Origin: Parasitella parasitica NRRL 2501
Taxonomy: Eukaryota > Fungi > Mucoromycota
Reading direction: 5' to 3'
Assembly: GCA_025201805.1 (NCBI GenBank)
Contig: MU619380.1
Location: 4,426-68,246, forward strand
Length of the DNA stretch: 63,821 nucleotides
This document shows positions 11,947 to 26,427 of the stretch, one piece after another (within the stretch, counting starts at the first letter, position 1; each line of letters starts with the position of its first letter). A program made the translations under genes and the position numbers. The notes beneath the pieces were generated by a model. The model saw only the letters and a list, made by a program, of their open reading frames with translations. It searched no databases and had not been told where the DNA came from.

Positions 11947-14900
11947 ATGAACTATTCATGGGAACAGACAAGATCTCAGGTTAGGCATTTCAGAGCAAAT
12001 CTACAGTCAGTTTACCCTGTGCAAGTCCTGGCAATTGCAAAGGACTTTGTGATTCACAGCAATGTATTATACTTTCTATCCAACAACAGAAACTCGTCAG
12101 ACTGGTGTCCAACGAGGCACATGCAAATATATCAAATAGACCTCCACCAGCGCTACCACAACATTGAGCAGACGGACGAAAAGAACTATCTGTTGGCTGT
12201 CAGCAATATACCCGTCTCAAAACGACTGTCCGTTTATACACACTACATGGCCGTAGCAGAGAAAGAGTTGGAGCTGGACAACCTTCAATTGCAGATTCCA
12301 GGTGTCTCTGCCTTTGATATCAAAGACGACACCATCATGCTTACATTCAATAACGACATTTATATTGGAAAAATTGGAAAGGTAAAAGACAGTGCTGACC
12401 ACTGCTTAAAGGTACTAAGCTCCTTGCTGTAGATACCCAAACTAATACCCCATACACCAGCGAGTACAGACACAATAACTTGCACACCAGCTACAGCGTC
12501 CACTACTGCCCCGATTACCTTTACTGCTACTACCCCAAATACAGCGACGAATATACCAAACTATTCACCCATATTAAACCATGTTGACATAAATTCCAGT
12601 AGCAAGCATACATCCTACCAAGAACCTGCTGCAGATCAACCTCATCGATTAGATCCGCAATTGGGCGGTCTCTTCCATGATAAAATTGCATTCATCAGAA
12701 ATCGCGACATCTGGGTCACCGACTTTAACGGCAACGATACGCAGCTAACATTCTGCTCAAGCGACAATGCAGACCCTTCGCTGAAATGCGGTGTAGCTGA
12801 ATACATGATGCAGGTTGGATTATTCACAACTCATGTGATAGTGATGACGTTCTTTGTATTTAAGGTTTTCGACTATAGGAAGAATTCCATCGATTCACAG
12901 GCTACTATTGGTCTCCACCCATCACCAACACTAGCAAACGCACAGAGAGGATATTGTACTTGGAAACATCCGAATTCAACGTGGAGCAAGTGTTTATATC
13001 CAAATCATCAACATCGTCTACGGCAGCAGCAACCTCAGTAGACATCTCGGCGGCGTCGGATTCGATCCGATATCCCCGTGCAGGAAAACCAAACGCGCAA
13101 AGCACAATCAAGATTGTAGAATTCGAAATAGAAGAGAGCAAAAACGCACAGCCTGTCAACATCAAACATAGGCAGCTATGGGGGAAAGATGAAATCAAGG
13201 TGCTTTTTCCCTGGGCAGAATATATTGTTCGATTCGGCTGGCTGCCTGACGGACAAAGGTATTATATGCATTTGCTGCGGGGTAATTCTCTACGGCTCAC
13301 AACCATGTAACTTGTATAGTGCCTGGCTGCAAATATTGTCCAGAGATCAACAAACATCTGCAGTTATTAAATTACATCTGGATCAGTTTACTACTACTGT
13401 GGACAATCTTTGCAGCGATATTGTTCGAACCGAAATTTTGTGGCAGGAAACAACAACAGCCTGGATCAATGTCACGGATGCGTTTTATTTCATGCAGTCA
13501 TCCAACACAGCTGCTGTGACCAAATTTATCTGGAGTTCTGAAAAGATGAATGGATTCAGACATTTGTTTTTGGGAGAAAAGTCTGTGGATGACGAGAAAA
13601 CCAAAGTAACACAATTGACACACGGCGAATGGTGCTGTGTGGATCGACCTTTGTTTGTGGATGAAGCAAGATCGCTAGTATACTTTTCAGCAAAGATGCA
13701 TACTTCGCTGGAATCCCACTTTTACGTGCTCTCCTACCACAACCTCGATCCGCCCATGCTGCTGACCAAATTAGGCTTCAGTCACACAATCACGATGGAT
13801 TCACCAGACTATTTTGTAGATTGCTTTTCTACGATACACGACCCACAAGTAACTGTTGTCCAAAAACTCAATCACACACTGACGAATTCTGTATCAGTGG
13901 ATGGATTATCGCTGTTGATGCCAGTATCGCTCAAAAGCGATTGCGAGACTCCTCCTTCACCTCCTCAATTGCCTACCTTGCCACAGGACGACCACACAAG
14001 CCAGTTTTTAAAAAATTTCGAGCACAGCCGAACAAGCAAAATGTCAAGATATAGTGACTCAGTCGAGCCCAACGGCGAGATTTTCAGCTTCACAACATCT
14101 GATGGTATTATCTTTGGAACTCTTTGTGGAAGAAGCACTAACAACTTACTAATGATGATCAGGTGAGAAACTGTACGGATGCTTGTATAAACCATGTTGC
14201 TATGAGCCAGGGCAAAGCTACCCTACTCTGTTGCACATCTACGGTGGGCCTAAAACACAACTTGTCATGAACGAATTCAAATTTCCTCGGCTCATTCGAT
14301 ACCTCATGGCCGCCTATTTCGGTTTTGCCGTTGTCATCATTGATAGTCGTGGCTCCAGTGATCGTGGGCTTGGTTTTGAGTCTCATATTCAAAACAGATT
14401 GGGCACAGTTGAACTAAAAGATCAACTGGAAGGACTCGAGTTTTTGCACAGTACCAAATTCGGTGCTATGCCAACAAAGGAGGACAAGACAGAGTCTGTA
14501 ATTAACCTCGATCGATTGGCCATCACCGGATGGTCGTATGGTGGCTATTTGAGTTTGATGGCCCTGGCACAGTATCCCGATAGGTTCAAAATGTCTATTG
14601 CGGGAGCTCCTGTAACCCAATGGGAGTTGTATGATGCTGCATATACAGAGAGATACATGGGCTTGCCTGAAGAAAACCCTCAAGCATATCATGACAGTAA
14701 TGTGCTGGCCTACATTGATCAATTCCCAAACAAGTAAGCATGCAGTTGGCACCACTACATTCTATCGACGTTTTTAAATATTAACGTACTGCCTGCACCA
14801 CAGCGAAAATAGACTCCTTATTGCCCATGGCTTGATTGATGAAAACGTGCATTTTAGAAACACAGAGTTACTGGTATCGCAATTAGTCAAACTCAAGAAA

Positions 14901-15008
14901 CCGCACTACCTCCAGGTTTATCCATCTGAGAAACATGGACTGAGACATGCGAGCGTGAATGAGCATTTCGAAACGCTAATGTTTTATTGGCTCTGCAATT
15001 ACCTGTAA
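11947..15008 (+). CDS. Dipeptidyl peptidase IV family (S9B) serine peptidase, DPP8/DPP9-like, no signal anchor
   Basis: Catalytic triad motifs are GWSYGG, HGLIDENVHF and YPSEKHG. Also present are the EE motif in MQ-EEFHRFTGYYWSP, YPRAGKPN, YGGP and YTERYMGLP. Confidence 0.93.
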
Positions 15009-15802
15009 ACTTTGTATTCGCACTCTTTTTACAATGAACTTGTATTATAAAATTAAACAAAACATCTGATACGTACTAAGCATAGCACAGCATAAACAAG
15101 GAAACGGCCCCCCTCTAGCCAATGACTGTCTACGCATAGAAATGCAAGATAATGCTACCCAAAATTATACGAGTATATAATATACTAGGATATGTGTGCC
15201 CATGCATGTATAGGAGGAGTAGGGGGAAACTTTTATTACCCTTTATATGAACAATCAAGTGTACTTGAAACAATAGCATACTTTTTTTTTGTATAAACCG
15301 TACGACTTGAGGGTAGCTGCTAGATTAGGTAGATAGTTTTTGTCAAGAGTACAAGTGGATGAATCATTTCTTGATAAATTTTATTTCACAAATTACTACG
15401 CATGTCTAAATAATGATTTTCATTTACTTTTAGATTTTGAAAATTGCTCTGATAAAACGGTGAAAAAGTAGTTGGTTTGTGTTTATTTTCGATATTCTTT
15501 TATTTATTGTATTTCAAGAGAGACAATCATCATATCTCTTATACTAAAGGGGCCCAATGTCGGGCTTTTGGTGAGGCATCTCTTCGAGTGTCCATTCTTC
15601 AAAATGAAAATCATCGAATTCGCCGTGTGAGCTTGATGTCCAAGACCCTAATCTGTAATTGTTCATCTTATGGAGGCAAGTAACATGGCTCTCGATTTTA
15701 GCAGTGTAATTTTGATTCTTAGGCCCACTTTTCCTCTTACTAATAATGGACTGCAATGCATTTGCAAACTTTGACTTGTCATTATTAGACTTGATTTGCT
15801 TA

Positions 15803-15901
15803 TACAGTCAGCGCAACACTAAAGGGCGGTTTTTTTAAATAAGAGGGCAGTTTGTAAAATTCTCAATAGGCGGAATTTTTTTTTCCAAAGGGCGGGAATT
15901 C
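15803..15901. repeat. Putative DNA-transposon end: TA|CAGTCAGCGC followed by four AGGGC(G/A)G subterminal repeats
   Basis: The copies aaagggcgg, agagggcag, atagggcgg and aaagggcgg fall within about 80 bp of AT-rich DNA. No matching opposite end was found. Confidence 0.35.
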
Positions 15902-16329
15902 TGTTCCAGATTCAATATATTCAAACTCATCAGTTGTGGTGTCTGAGAGGGTGCTCTCACTCCCCAAGTGCTTATCAAGCTGTGCCTATTCATTTATAAC
16001 GGTTTTTTGAATGTGTATAGCAGCGTTCCTTCTTGATTTTTTTTTGCTGTCGAGCTATGGGTCTTCTTGATCCAATAGTCCTCAGCAGTATCAGACTTTC
16101 TCCAAATTTTAAAATCGGTTTTAAGAACTTCAGCTTTGATATACTTCTGCAAGATTCGCATATTCCGATTGTAAGCTAAATGTTTGTCCGTAAGTGCAAA
16201 GTGATCTGCAAATGCTGTAAAATTCAAGTTCTCTTTATTTTCAAGACACCATCGCACATCGCCAGCATAATCTCCGTCGCTTGTATTTTTTTTCGATCGT
16301 TTTCGCTTTCTGTTTTTAGGAGGTGTCAT
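15900..16329 (-). pseudogene. Truncated or frameshifted hypothetical gene fragment (basic NLS-like N-terminus)
   Basis: A 111-aa ORF begins MTPPKNRKRKRSKK. Protein-like sequence continues in a shifted frame (IQKTVINE*AQLDKHLGSESTLSDTTTDEFEY) with a stop and runs into the repeat block. Confidence 0.4.
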
Positions 16330-17817
16330 AGTAATAAAAGGTTATAAAGGAATTGAACAGGAATTTGACTAAACAAAACTTTTAGCCAGTCATATTGGTT
16401 TCGACAGTCTGCGTCATTTTTTATTTATTTAACGGAAAAGCAACGCAAACTCTTTCTTTTAAAAAAAAACCTATTGAAGCTTTGAAATGAAGATGCCTAG
16501 CCTATAATCGTCTTACAGCTGCCTCTTTTCTTGTTGTGGAAAGGGTTCAAAAAAAGCAAGTGGGACTTGATGAAAGCTGTGAAACCCACAGCCTACACAA
16601 CAACAGTGTCGTTGATCGGGGTTCGTAGTAGCTCATTGGAATTTTCAAGATTTTGCAGATTTCCTTGATGTAGTTAAGTGAACAATTATCCTTCGTAAAT
16701 GTTCTGTTCTAAGCCCTCTTTTTTTTTTTAACAAGAAAATGCTGTAGTCAATCAATATATTCAAAGATGTATTCTGTTCAAAAAGTATCTTACCAAGGCA
16801 TAAACTGCTAAGTCCAGGTGGCAATTGGGTAGTTGTTTTTATCGTCTCTGTTCCATGCACTATATATATTTCCATGAATTGAAGAGGCAGTCCGGAAAGT
16901 TGCAAATGAAAACTGTCAAGGTTGGATCCGTTACTCACGAAGATTATTTAGAAATGTATGAGTACAGAAGGAATATAGAACTGCTACTTTTCTATTGTTT
17001 GTGTGATGTGCATATTTGATGGTGAAATGTTTCTATCGATGATCAAACGCAAAACACTGTGCAATTTTGCCTGTCATTTTAAAACGACAAATCATTCAAT
17101 GTAATAATAAAATTCCATCCTAATTGTTTTGAAGTCATCATTTTTAGGTTAATTTGATTTGAATACAAGTATTGCAACGATTTCACATTACGATACATCC
17201 CAGCTTTATGAAAGATGTCATAAGAATATGTTGACAGTAATTTTATCGATTTTGTAGCGTTTTCTTCCCTCTTACTGCTTTTGTTGATTGTCATCTTCGT
17301 CTCCGTTCTCTTCAATTTTTCGTTTAAGCAAACATTGAAATCTTGTGGGATTCATGTACGGATACTGTAAAATGTTTGCCTGCTTCAATTTCAAAGAATT
17401 TTGAAGTTATCAAAAAAAAAAAAGACAAAGACAAAGACAAAAGAGGACCTAAAGTAAAAGCTGACACTTTGTGTGCCCATTACTAAGAAATAGTTGAATC
17501 GCTTGATTCATCGCTTCAATTCTAAGTAATTGTTCTTGAAATGAAACCTTTTATACAGACCATTTCAGATCTGATACAAGATCTTAAAGACATGTTTTAC
17601 TGTTTTTCAACTCATGTCTTTTTTTTTTTTTCTCTTGTTCATCAATCTTAAATGAATTCATCCAAGCAAAATGATCACCAATATGCTCAAGGTAAACTTG
17701 GTAACAAGCATAGCAAAACCCCCCCCCAAACATGTTGTTCATTCGTTATAATTTCCAGGAAATCATGAAGTATGTAGTCAACATAATACACGAGAAGATT
17801 ACTTTACTTGTATCGAC

Positions 17818-20576
17818 ATGAGCCAGCATTCACCACCACAGGCTGATTTAACAGACTTGGAGCCTACCGCCACCACACAAAATCAACATGTCACTCACTT
17901 CAATTATAAGCCTTTTCCGCTACAAACGGATAATGAGAAATGGTGCGTCAATAGCGCCAATGATAATGTACACCTCATGTATCATCAAGACACAAGCGAC
18001 GCTACATTCATTGGCAATAGCCACGACTCTGCAAAACCGCATAATAACACTCTGTCAGACGATGAACTGGAGCAAGAGCTGGAATCGAGCAGTGAATCGC
18101 TAAATGACATTGACGACGACAAAGACCATAACTTTGACTGGAACGACGACAATAATAACAACACGAATGCGCACACAGAAGCCACACGCTCAGCAAAAGG
18201 AAATACCAAATACCAAAAAGTCAGGGCTTTGTTCAGGAAATATTGCTTTTGGCATTACTTGTCGCAATTTATGAAACGAGTTATAATTGCAGCTACGGGC
18301 TCTGCAATTTTCATCACAGTGGGTGTGTGTATTTACGTGTATTTCCCGCGGCCGTCGAAAAATCAGGAGAATGACCCAAGTTTTGAAAACATACGAGATA
18401 ACGTTCAGATCTGGATGTACTGGGCAGCGTTCATGTGGCATATCGCTTGGTTGAGTACGTTTATAACAGAAGCTGTGCCATACATAGTATCCAAATGGGT
18501 GCAGTTTTTCAAGGGTCGTAGATCAGAAAAAGTCAAATCCTACATGGAGGTAATGTGCATGGCTTGGTGTAGGGTAGGCGACAACTAATTTCTGTAAACA
18601 GTACTACATGAGTCTGAAATACTATATTGGACTCTTGGTTATCACTGCTTGGAACTGGGGAGCTTGGGCATTCTTAATTACGATAGCTTATCCAGTAAGT
18701 TGTATTTTTAGCCTGGGAATGATGTATATAAATACATAAATGGCTAATAATAGCATATGATGTAGTCTGTCCTCAAACAGCCCTACACAACTACATTATG
18801 GAGAGTGTATGCTTGTATGTTTGTAGCCTCGGTGTTTCTACTAGTTCAGAAAACAATCATTCAGGTTATTGGTAAATTTTTTCATGAATGTGGTTTAGCA
18901 CTTGTGTCTAATTTGCACGCATATATATCTCCTTCTCAAACTGCAAATATATATACAGCATCGAGATTTCATAGATTTGCATTCAAGGATCGGGCCAAGG
19001 CAAACAGAAGAGCTATTAAAAGTATAAAAGCAAATTGCCCCTTAATTCTTATGCTGTAATCAATTCACACAACGAATTTCGTTATTTAGTTTTAGATGCT
19101 CTTGGCAAGGCAGAGTTTCGATACCGCTCGTCAGCAGCGGCATCTCGAATGAGAAACCGCAAAAGGCCTGGTCTTTCTGCCCAGTCAACTAATGATATCT
19201 TGGATGCGGGAGCCGCAAGCACCGTAGTGGGACACAGCACCGGCATTTCGCCTAGCGTCAGTACCAGTGAATACATGGCTGGAAGAGGAGACATCAATTC
19301 CAGACAGCTGAGCTCTAGTGACATGTTGTATTCATTCAAGAAAAACCTAAAGCGGGCGGTGATAAACGAGCAACCTCACATCAGCCGCCCTGTGCGAAAG
19401 GACATGGACATTAACAACGACGACTACGCACGAAAGAATGCCAGAAAACTCTACGTTTCACTCGCATACCCAAACGGCGTTTTGCCAGGGGAAAACCAGG
19501 CACGGCGATGCTTGCTGATTTCTGATTTCGAACCTTACTTCAAAACCGCCCACGAGGCCAAGGTTGCGTTTGACATCTTTGACAGAGACGGCAATGGCGA
19601 CATTACTCGCCGAGAGTTTCGTGATACTGTAGTACAGATCTATCGCGAGCGAAAGGATATTGCCATCTCGTTGCGCGATACGGGCCAAGCGCTCGGAAAA
19701 ATTGACTACATGCTGCTGGCTATCAGTCTGGTCGCCCTCCTGCTAACCTCCTTTGCTATCTTCAATGTAGAGGTGTGGCATTCTCTTGTACCTCTAGGTT
19801 CCATTCTGCTGGCACTGACGTTTGTGTTTGGTAACACCGCAAAGAACACGTTTGAAAGCATCCTGTTTCTGTTTGTAACACATCCATACGATGCTGGTGA
19901 TTATGTGCTGGTAGACGGTCAATTTCTGCTAGTGCATAATATGGGCGTTATGGGCACGTCGTTTGTTGCCGGCGATGGCCAGCTTATTTATGCGCCAACG
20001 ACTGTATTAATGACAAAGCTCATCACTAACGTACGACGTTCTGGGAGCATGGGAGAAGCTATCAAAATTAACATCGATTTTCGTACTACCAGCGATCAAT
20101 TCTGGGAATTGCACGATCGCTTGCTTGCCTGGGTTACCAGTCAAAGCCGTGATTTTGGACCTGGCTTTGATCTTCGCGTTATTGACATTGTAGATGTCAA
20201 CCAGCTCATCTTGAATGTGTGGCTTCCTCATAAAGGTAATTGGCAGGAGCTCGGAAAACGGTTCCAGAGAAAGACGCGATTTATGTTGGCTCTCAAGGAT
20301 ATCATGACAGAACTGAACATTAGATACGAATTGCCTGCCCAAAAAATCACTCAGGGAGTGCATCCTGAAGAAGCCCATCCGGCTCCAGTCTTTGGTCAAC
20401 AGGTGGATGGATGCCCTCAGTCATTCAGCGCACATGTCAATGCTTCTCCTACTATGAATTCTGTTCCAACAGACTCTGCAGAAGCGAAAGCTTATGAGCA
20501 AATCCGTAAAGAGAGGGCCGTAAGAGGCATCCACTGCTATATGGATCAAAGTGGCTCGGCTTCTGGTAGTGGCTAG
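17818..20576 (+). CDS. MscS-family mechanosensitive ion channel with EF-hand (Msy1/Msy2-like)
   Basis: N-terminal TM helices are followed by the EF-hand DRDGNGDITRRE. The MscS core reads LTFVFGNTAKNTFESILFLFVTHPYDAGD, with NVRRSG and HKGNWQ downstream. Confidence 0.93.
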
Positions 20577-22794
20577 GGCGGATGGTAGCTGATCCTTGTC
20601 TGCAATTGCTTTCATCAATACTCGATACCCCTTTTTTCAATCAATAAAGCGTTCTTTCTGGTATGACGTACCACAATGATAAATAGCATACAATAACCTG
20701 AGGACTTGGAGAAACCCTACCAACGCAAAAGGAGCAAAAGTGTCCACTGGCCAAAATTCTTTTAGAGATGGACAAAACGCAATGGCAGCTGAATCTCAGG
20801 ACACAACATAATATGTAACAAAGAAAATAAAGAGTGTAAGCGCCTCCTAGCTATTATTAGAGACTATCCAGTTGGTAATAATTGAATCAACCAAATCAAA
20901 TCAGGATACGATGCTCGTTTTCATCATCTAAACACCTGCGCTCATTATTAGCTATTATGTCTGTTGTGATTTTAAACTATTTCTCGAAAAGAGTCTCTCT
21001 AGATAGTAACTATACGTACGCCGTCTATGTAATGCAATTGCACAAGTAGTACGATGATAGATAATTCAATCAAATTTTACCCACCATTGTGATTATATTC
21101 AAAACGGATCAAACCCTCCAAGGAAAACCAGGTATTATACAACGTGTACTTGTCTTGTTTGCTTTATCAGATGTTTCGCCAAGTGGCTTTGATATGCACA
21201 TTACCATAAGCACCTATGTGAAGAGGGGCTAAATGGTTTGAGCTAAAAGAGGAAGATTTTCGATCTGGAATTCCTAATCATAGCAGATTATTCAACTACC
21301 AATTCTTACATTCGCTGGCTATCTGGTACCCTTACCGGCAACGTCTGAGCCACTTTGATAGGCTTTTTTTTTTTTTCACATGAAATGAGTCAGTAGGCAC
21401 ACTATCAAATGCTAATAATATATGTCTTTTGCGCATTTCCATTAAAGAGCTGGCAGGAGATGTAATCCATAATCAGATGTTTCTGATTAAATTATGCGCA
21501 AAAATTGGCTTTTAAGCTTTTCATTGTTGCACTAGCATCACATAATAATGCTGCAGACAACAAAAAGAGAGCACTTTGGGGCTCCTTTGCTTTGTGGACA
21601 TTTGGGTTTTGTGTGGCTTTTTTTAACCGTTTGATCAGGCACACGGATTGACAGCGGTTTTAATGCTCAGCTAGTTTGCAATCACCCAATGACAGAAATC
21701 GCGTTATATTAGACATTCCATCTACAAACGGTTATCAAACCTGGTATTCTGGTCATTCTATTTTTTTTTTTTTTTTTTTTGCGTTATTCCTGCAAGTGTA
21801 AAATGTTGTAAAAGGCACGCGAGCAAAGTAAGGTTAAGGATCTTTCGCACTGTCTTGTTAGTTATAAATGGAAGATTAAATATAATCATGTTATTAATAG
21901 ACGAGTCATAAGCAGGAAGCTGAAAATACTACTAAAAATCTAGATCAAAGGGTGGAATTTAATGTGATACAAGGTAATTGGATTTTGCTGAGAATTGTTG
22001 CCATGTTGTCTTTATCCAAGACACCTCATATCGCAAATTGGGTATGCGATGGTATACATGTACATGAGGGTACACAGTTGAAAGCACACAGACAATTAAG
22101 CTGTAACAGGATCGACATACTGTATGGTAAATGAGTAGAGTATAATATACAAACCAAAGCGGAGATGGCGCACACCTATTCCTACACACCATGTTGTAAA
22201 GATATCGAATGTAACAAATAAATTGCCATGAAAATGGGCTATATAATAATAACAATAATAATAACAATGTATATATATTATTACATGAACATTTTATCGA
22301 TATTCAAGGGGATATGTGTATTTCACGGAATCTCTTTCTCATCATCCCCTTTTTCTCCCCTGCTCTCCTCCACCCTTTCTCCTGATCTGCGAATAGGTAT
22401 CTATATTACATACAGCATAGGGAGTACGAAATCTAGACTAAATTCCGCTTCGGAAGGGTACCAAGTTAATTTGCAATCGACCAGTGCATACTTGTCATAT
22501 AAATCATACCGTATAAAAATAGCCCCCTTTCCAACTGTCTGATTCTTACTTCTCCTGCTCTTGTAACATAATTCAATATTCTCGGGCTTTTTAATTCGTT
22601 ATTGCATCCCGTGCTTTATAACCTCTCTTTTCTTTGTACTTGAGCGTTTCCTCTTTCTCTCTCTCTTTCTCTCTTTCTCTCTTTCCCTCTTTAATTTTTT
22701 CTGAGATAATAAAACATCTTGATTTCTTTATATATATTTTACCCCTTAAAAAGAAAGCAAGACAAAAGGAAAAAAAGTTGCCACTTATATAAAG

Positions 22795-25700
22795 ATGCGT
22801 CCAACTAGACATGAATCAAATTATGCCAATGTCGGTGGAAATGGACAATCAGACTACGGTTACCAACAGCCTTCTGACAACTCTTTTCACTACAACAACG
22901 GAGGAGGAGCAGCTTCGTCGATCGGGAGACGCCCCACCACACTGGGCAGAGCACCCACTCGCCGTATCGTGCCTGGAGGCAACTCAATTGCTAATGCTAG
23001 TCATAATGTACAGCGCGGCCGCACACTGATTCGCCCTGACCGTTATCAAGAGCCTGCACCGCTCTTGACGGGTAAGCCCACAGCAAGCCGTAGCGTATTC
23101 GACCCTTGGGTTTTGTTTTCTCGCATAGTTACGTTTTGGGCATTGCCGCCCATGCTCAAAGCGCTCAAGATGGGCGATGCTGGCATGCAGCAAGCCTGGA
23201 GAGAGAAAATCACACTTTGTTTCATCATTGCTTGCATGGGCGGTTTTGTGGCCTTCATTACAATCGGCCTCAACTCAGTCCTGTGTCCTCCAAGCCATGC
23301 CAACAATCAAGCCAACTATGCTTCGTATAACGACACAATCCAAGCACGTAAGTCTATAATATCGATGCTGCAAACCTTGATTAACTCTATTTTTTTTTGT
23401 GTGTGTGTGTGTGTGTGTGTACCATACAGCCAATTTGTTGGGTGTCCTGGGCTGGCAATTTAATGTAACAAACTCAAATCCCACCGGAGGCCTCGATTTC
23501 TACGATCTGGCTACTATTCCAGGAACCGATATCACAAACTACTTTCTTCACGGCACCAATATTCCTGACTGCACAAATCCTGGAAACGCAAAAACCTTGG
23601 CTTTCACTGCCATCAACAGCAATCCCTGCTCTGCTAATAACGGCGTTGGCGGATGTTTGTACGGCGACACCTCAATCGCAAACCTGCGCGGCACCTATGG
23701 CCTGGTCAACATCTCGCGCCAAGTTGGCTACGATTGGTCACAGTTTGCCACTGCAAACCTGACCTATTTCATTGTTATCGACGGAAATGTGTTGAATATG
23801 GAACCCTACATAAAGGCACATCCCCAGCCAATCCCATCCGACGCTTTAGATGGTGTGATTCGTGGTTTGCTGAACAGTAGCTTTGCTGAGGGCGGTCGCG
23901 ACGGCACAAAGATGTTTTTTAGGAGGCCAGAATTCAAGGCGTCCATCAACTGCCTCGTTCAAAAGTACAGGGCTGGCCATATCGACAAAAGCACCACTGG
24001 CTGTTTTGTGTCTTCAGTGGTGCTGGCAGCCTCTCTGGGTATTGTGCTGGCCATTGTGCTGGCTCGTTTTTTTATGGCTTTGATCTTTTCTTGGTTCCTT
24101 TCTCGCAAGCTGTCGCGCACGCCTCCGCCTGTACCTCCCTCTGCCGCATCAGCCGCCGGCAGTGTTATGATGAGAAATCAACAAACAATGGAAATGTCAG
24201 ACATCAAGCCTGGCATGATGCAGCGCAACGACTCTGGCAGTACATTGACTCCTGCAGGCGGTGCGGTTGGTAAGAAGGTCGAAGTCGGAAACGATCTGTA
24301 CACTGTGCTCTTGATTACATGTTACTCTGAGAACACCGAGGGCATTCAGGCTACGGTCGAGTCGCTGTCAATGACAGACTACCCTGACGATCGCAAGCTG
24401 CTGTTTTTGATTGCTGATGGTATTATTACAGGCCATGGCGAAACGATTTCCACGCCTGACATGTGCTTGTCTTTGCTGACGTTTGACGAAAACGAGCCCG
24501 GCATGAAGAATCCTGAGGCTATGCCCTACATTGCTGTGGCTGTTGGCTCCAAACAGCACAACTGCGCAAAAGTGTATGCTGGTCATTACGGTAAGTTTGC
24601 ACAGCACTCTGTAGATAAGCCCCACTATTTACGCCTATTTCAGTATGCAAAGGTCACAAGGTTCCAATGATTTTGGTTGTCAAGTGTGGCAATCCTGACG
24701 AACAGGGCAAGCCCAAGCCTGGCAACCGTGGTAAGCGTGATTCACAGCTTATCCTGATGAACTTTTTCAGCAGAGTTACGTACAACGATCGCATGACGCC
24801 GCTCGACTACGAACTCTTTAAGAAAATCCAGTATTTGATGGGAGTTACACCAGACTATTTCGAGCTTGTGCTCATGGTAAGTACGGCTAAGCTACGTGCA
24901 CGACGATCCCCTCTAAAAAAAAAAAAAAAAATTGCTTAGGTGGACGCTGATACCAAGGTGTACCCTACTTCGATGCGACTGCTGGTCAACTGTATGGTAA
25001 ACGACAACTTGATTATGGGTTTGTGTGGTGAGACCAAGATTGCCAACAAGAGAGATTCGTGGGTTACAGCTATTCAGGTGTACGAGTACTTTATTTCCCA
25101 TCATCTGGCAAAGGGTTTCGAGGCTGTGTTTGGTGGTGTCACTTGTTTGCCTGGCTGTTTTTGCATGTATCGTCTCAAAGCTCGCAAGGGCGATGGCGAT
25201 TGGGTTCCTATTATTACAAAGCCCGAGATCGTCCAGGAATACTCGTCCAACACCATCGACACCCTCCATCAAAAGAACTTGCTGCTTCTCGGTGAGGATC
25301 GCTTCTTGACCACGCTTATGCTTCGTAACTTCCCCTTCCGTAAAATGGTGTTTACCCCTCATGCTATCTGTAAGACTATTGTCCCTGACGAATTTAAGGT
25401 GCTCTTATCGCAGCGTCGTCGCTGGATCAACTCGACTATCCACAACCTGTTTGAGCTTGTCCTCGTCCGCAACCTGTGCGGTACTTTTTGCTTCTCGATG
25501 CAATTCGTGGTCATGATGGATTTAGTGGGTACTTTGACCCTGCCTGTAGCCATCATCCTTACCGTAGTCCTTATCGTCAACATGGCGCAGACTCAAATCA
25601 ACAGTCTTAGTGCAGCACTTCCCCTGATACTCTTGATCATTGTGCTGTTCTCCCCAGCATTCTTGATTTTGATTACAACTCGCAAATGGGTCTATTTGAT

Positions 25701-26427
25701 GTGGATGTTGGTGTACCTGTGCGCGCTGCCCATTTGGAATTTCGTGCTGCCCGTATACGCTTTCTGGCATTTTGACGATTTCTCCTGGGGTGAAACTCGT
25801 AAAGTAGAGGGCGAAACAAAGGAAGATCATTCCAAGAAGGACGGTGTATTCGACCCTTCCAAGGTGCCATTGAAGCGCTGGGAAGACTACGAGCGCAAGA
25901 GAGTGAGAGCAAATAAGAGGCGCGAGCGCAAGGAGAGACAAATGCGTGAAATGGGCCCAACTCATTTGATGCATTCAATGCTACCTTCTGAAGAAGACGA
26001 GTCGAAGCGTGGATTATTAGAAGATGACTCAGTCTCTCAGATGTCTTATCAGGCCGAGCCTAACATGGCGGCCCCAGCTCACTACTTTGATCCCTCAAAG
26101 GAGGCTCCTGCCAAGGCTGGATCAGGATATTACCCCACTTATAGACCTCAATCAACCGCACCTACACCAGTCCCAAAGAATAGTATACCATTACAACCCC
26201 ACCCTACAGCTCCTGGTCCATGGGGTCCTCAGCAAAACTATGGATCGCCTCAAACGCACCGTAACATCCAGTCTCCTCCAATGAATCAGCAAAGAGGTCC
26301 ACAACAACGAGGTCCAATGAGTCCGCCTATTCATCAACAACAGCAACATCACCCTCAACAACAATATCCTCAGGGACCTCAAGGCCAATACATGAACAAC
26401 CAACAAGGCCAATTCCATGGTTTCTAA
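22795..26427 (+). CDS. CHS3: Chitin synthase, division 2 class IV (cytochrome-b5-like region, no myosin motor)
   Basis: Motifs include [49 protein letters not shown] and WHFDDFSWG, with a P/Q-rich tail. Three introns were inferred. Confidence 0.96.

Noticed and set aside
16616-16650. tRNA-like GTAGCTCATTGG motif
   Set aside because: No D-stem closure, anticodon arm or T-loop follows.
16645-17340. Short minus-strand ORFs resembling decayed F-box/LRR-type genes
   Set aside because: The region is AT-rich and fragmented, with no diagnostic motif to support a call.
20640-22790. 2.1-kb ORF-poor region upstream of chitin synthase
   Set aside because: No RNA gene, repeat or coding signal was seen; it is most simply a long promoter and 5' UTR.
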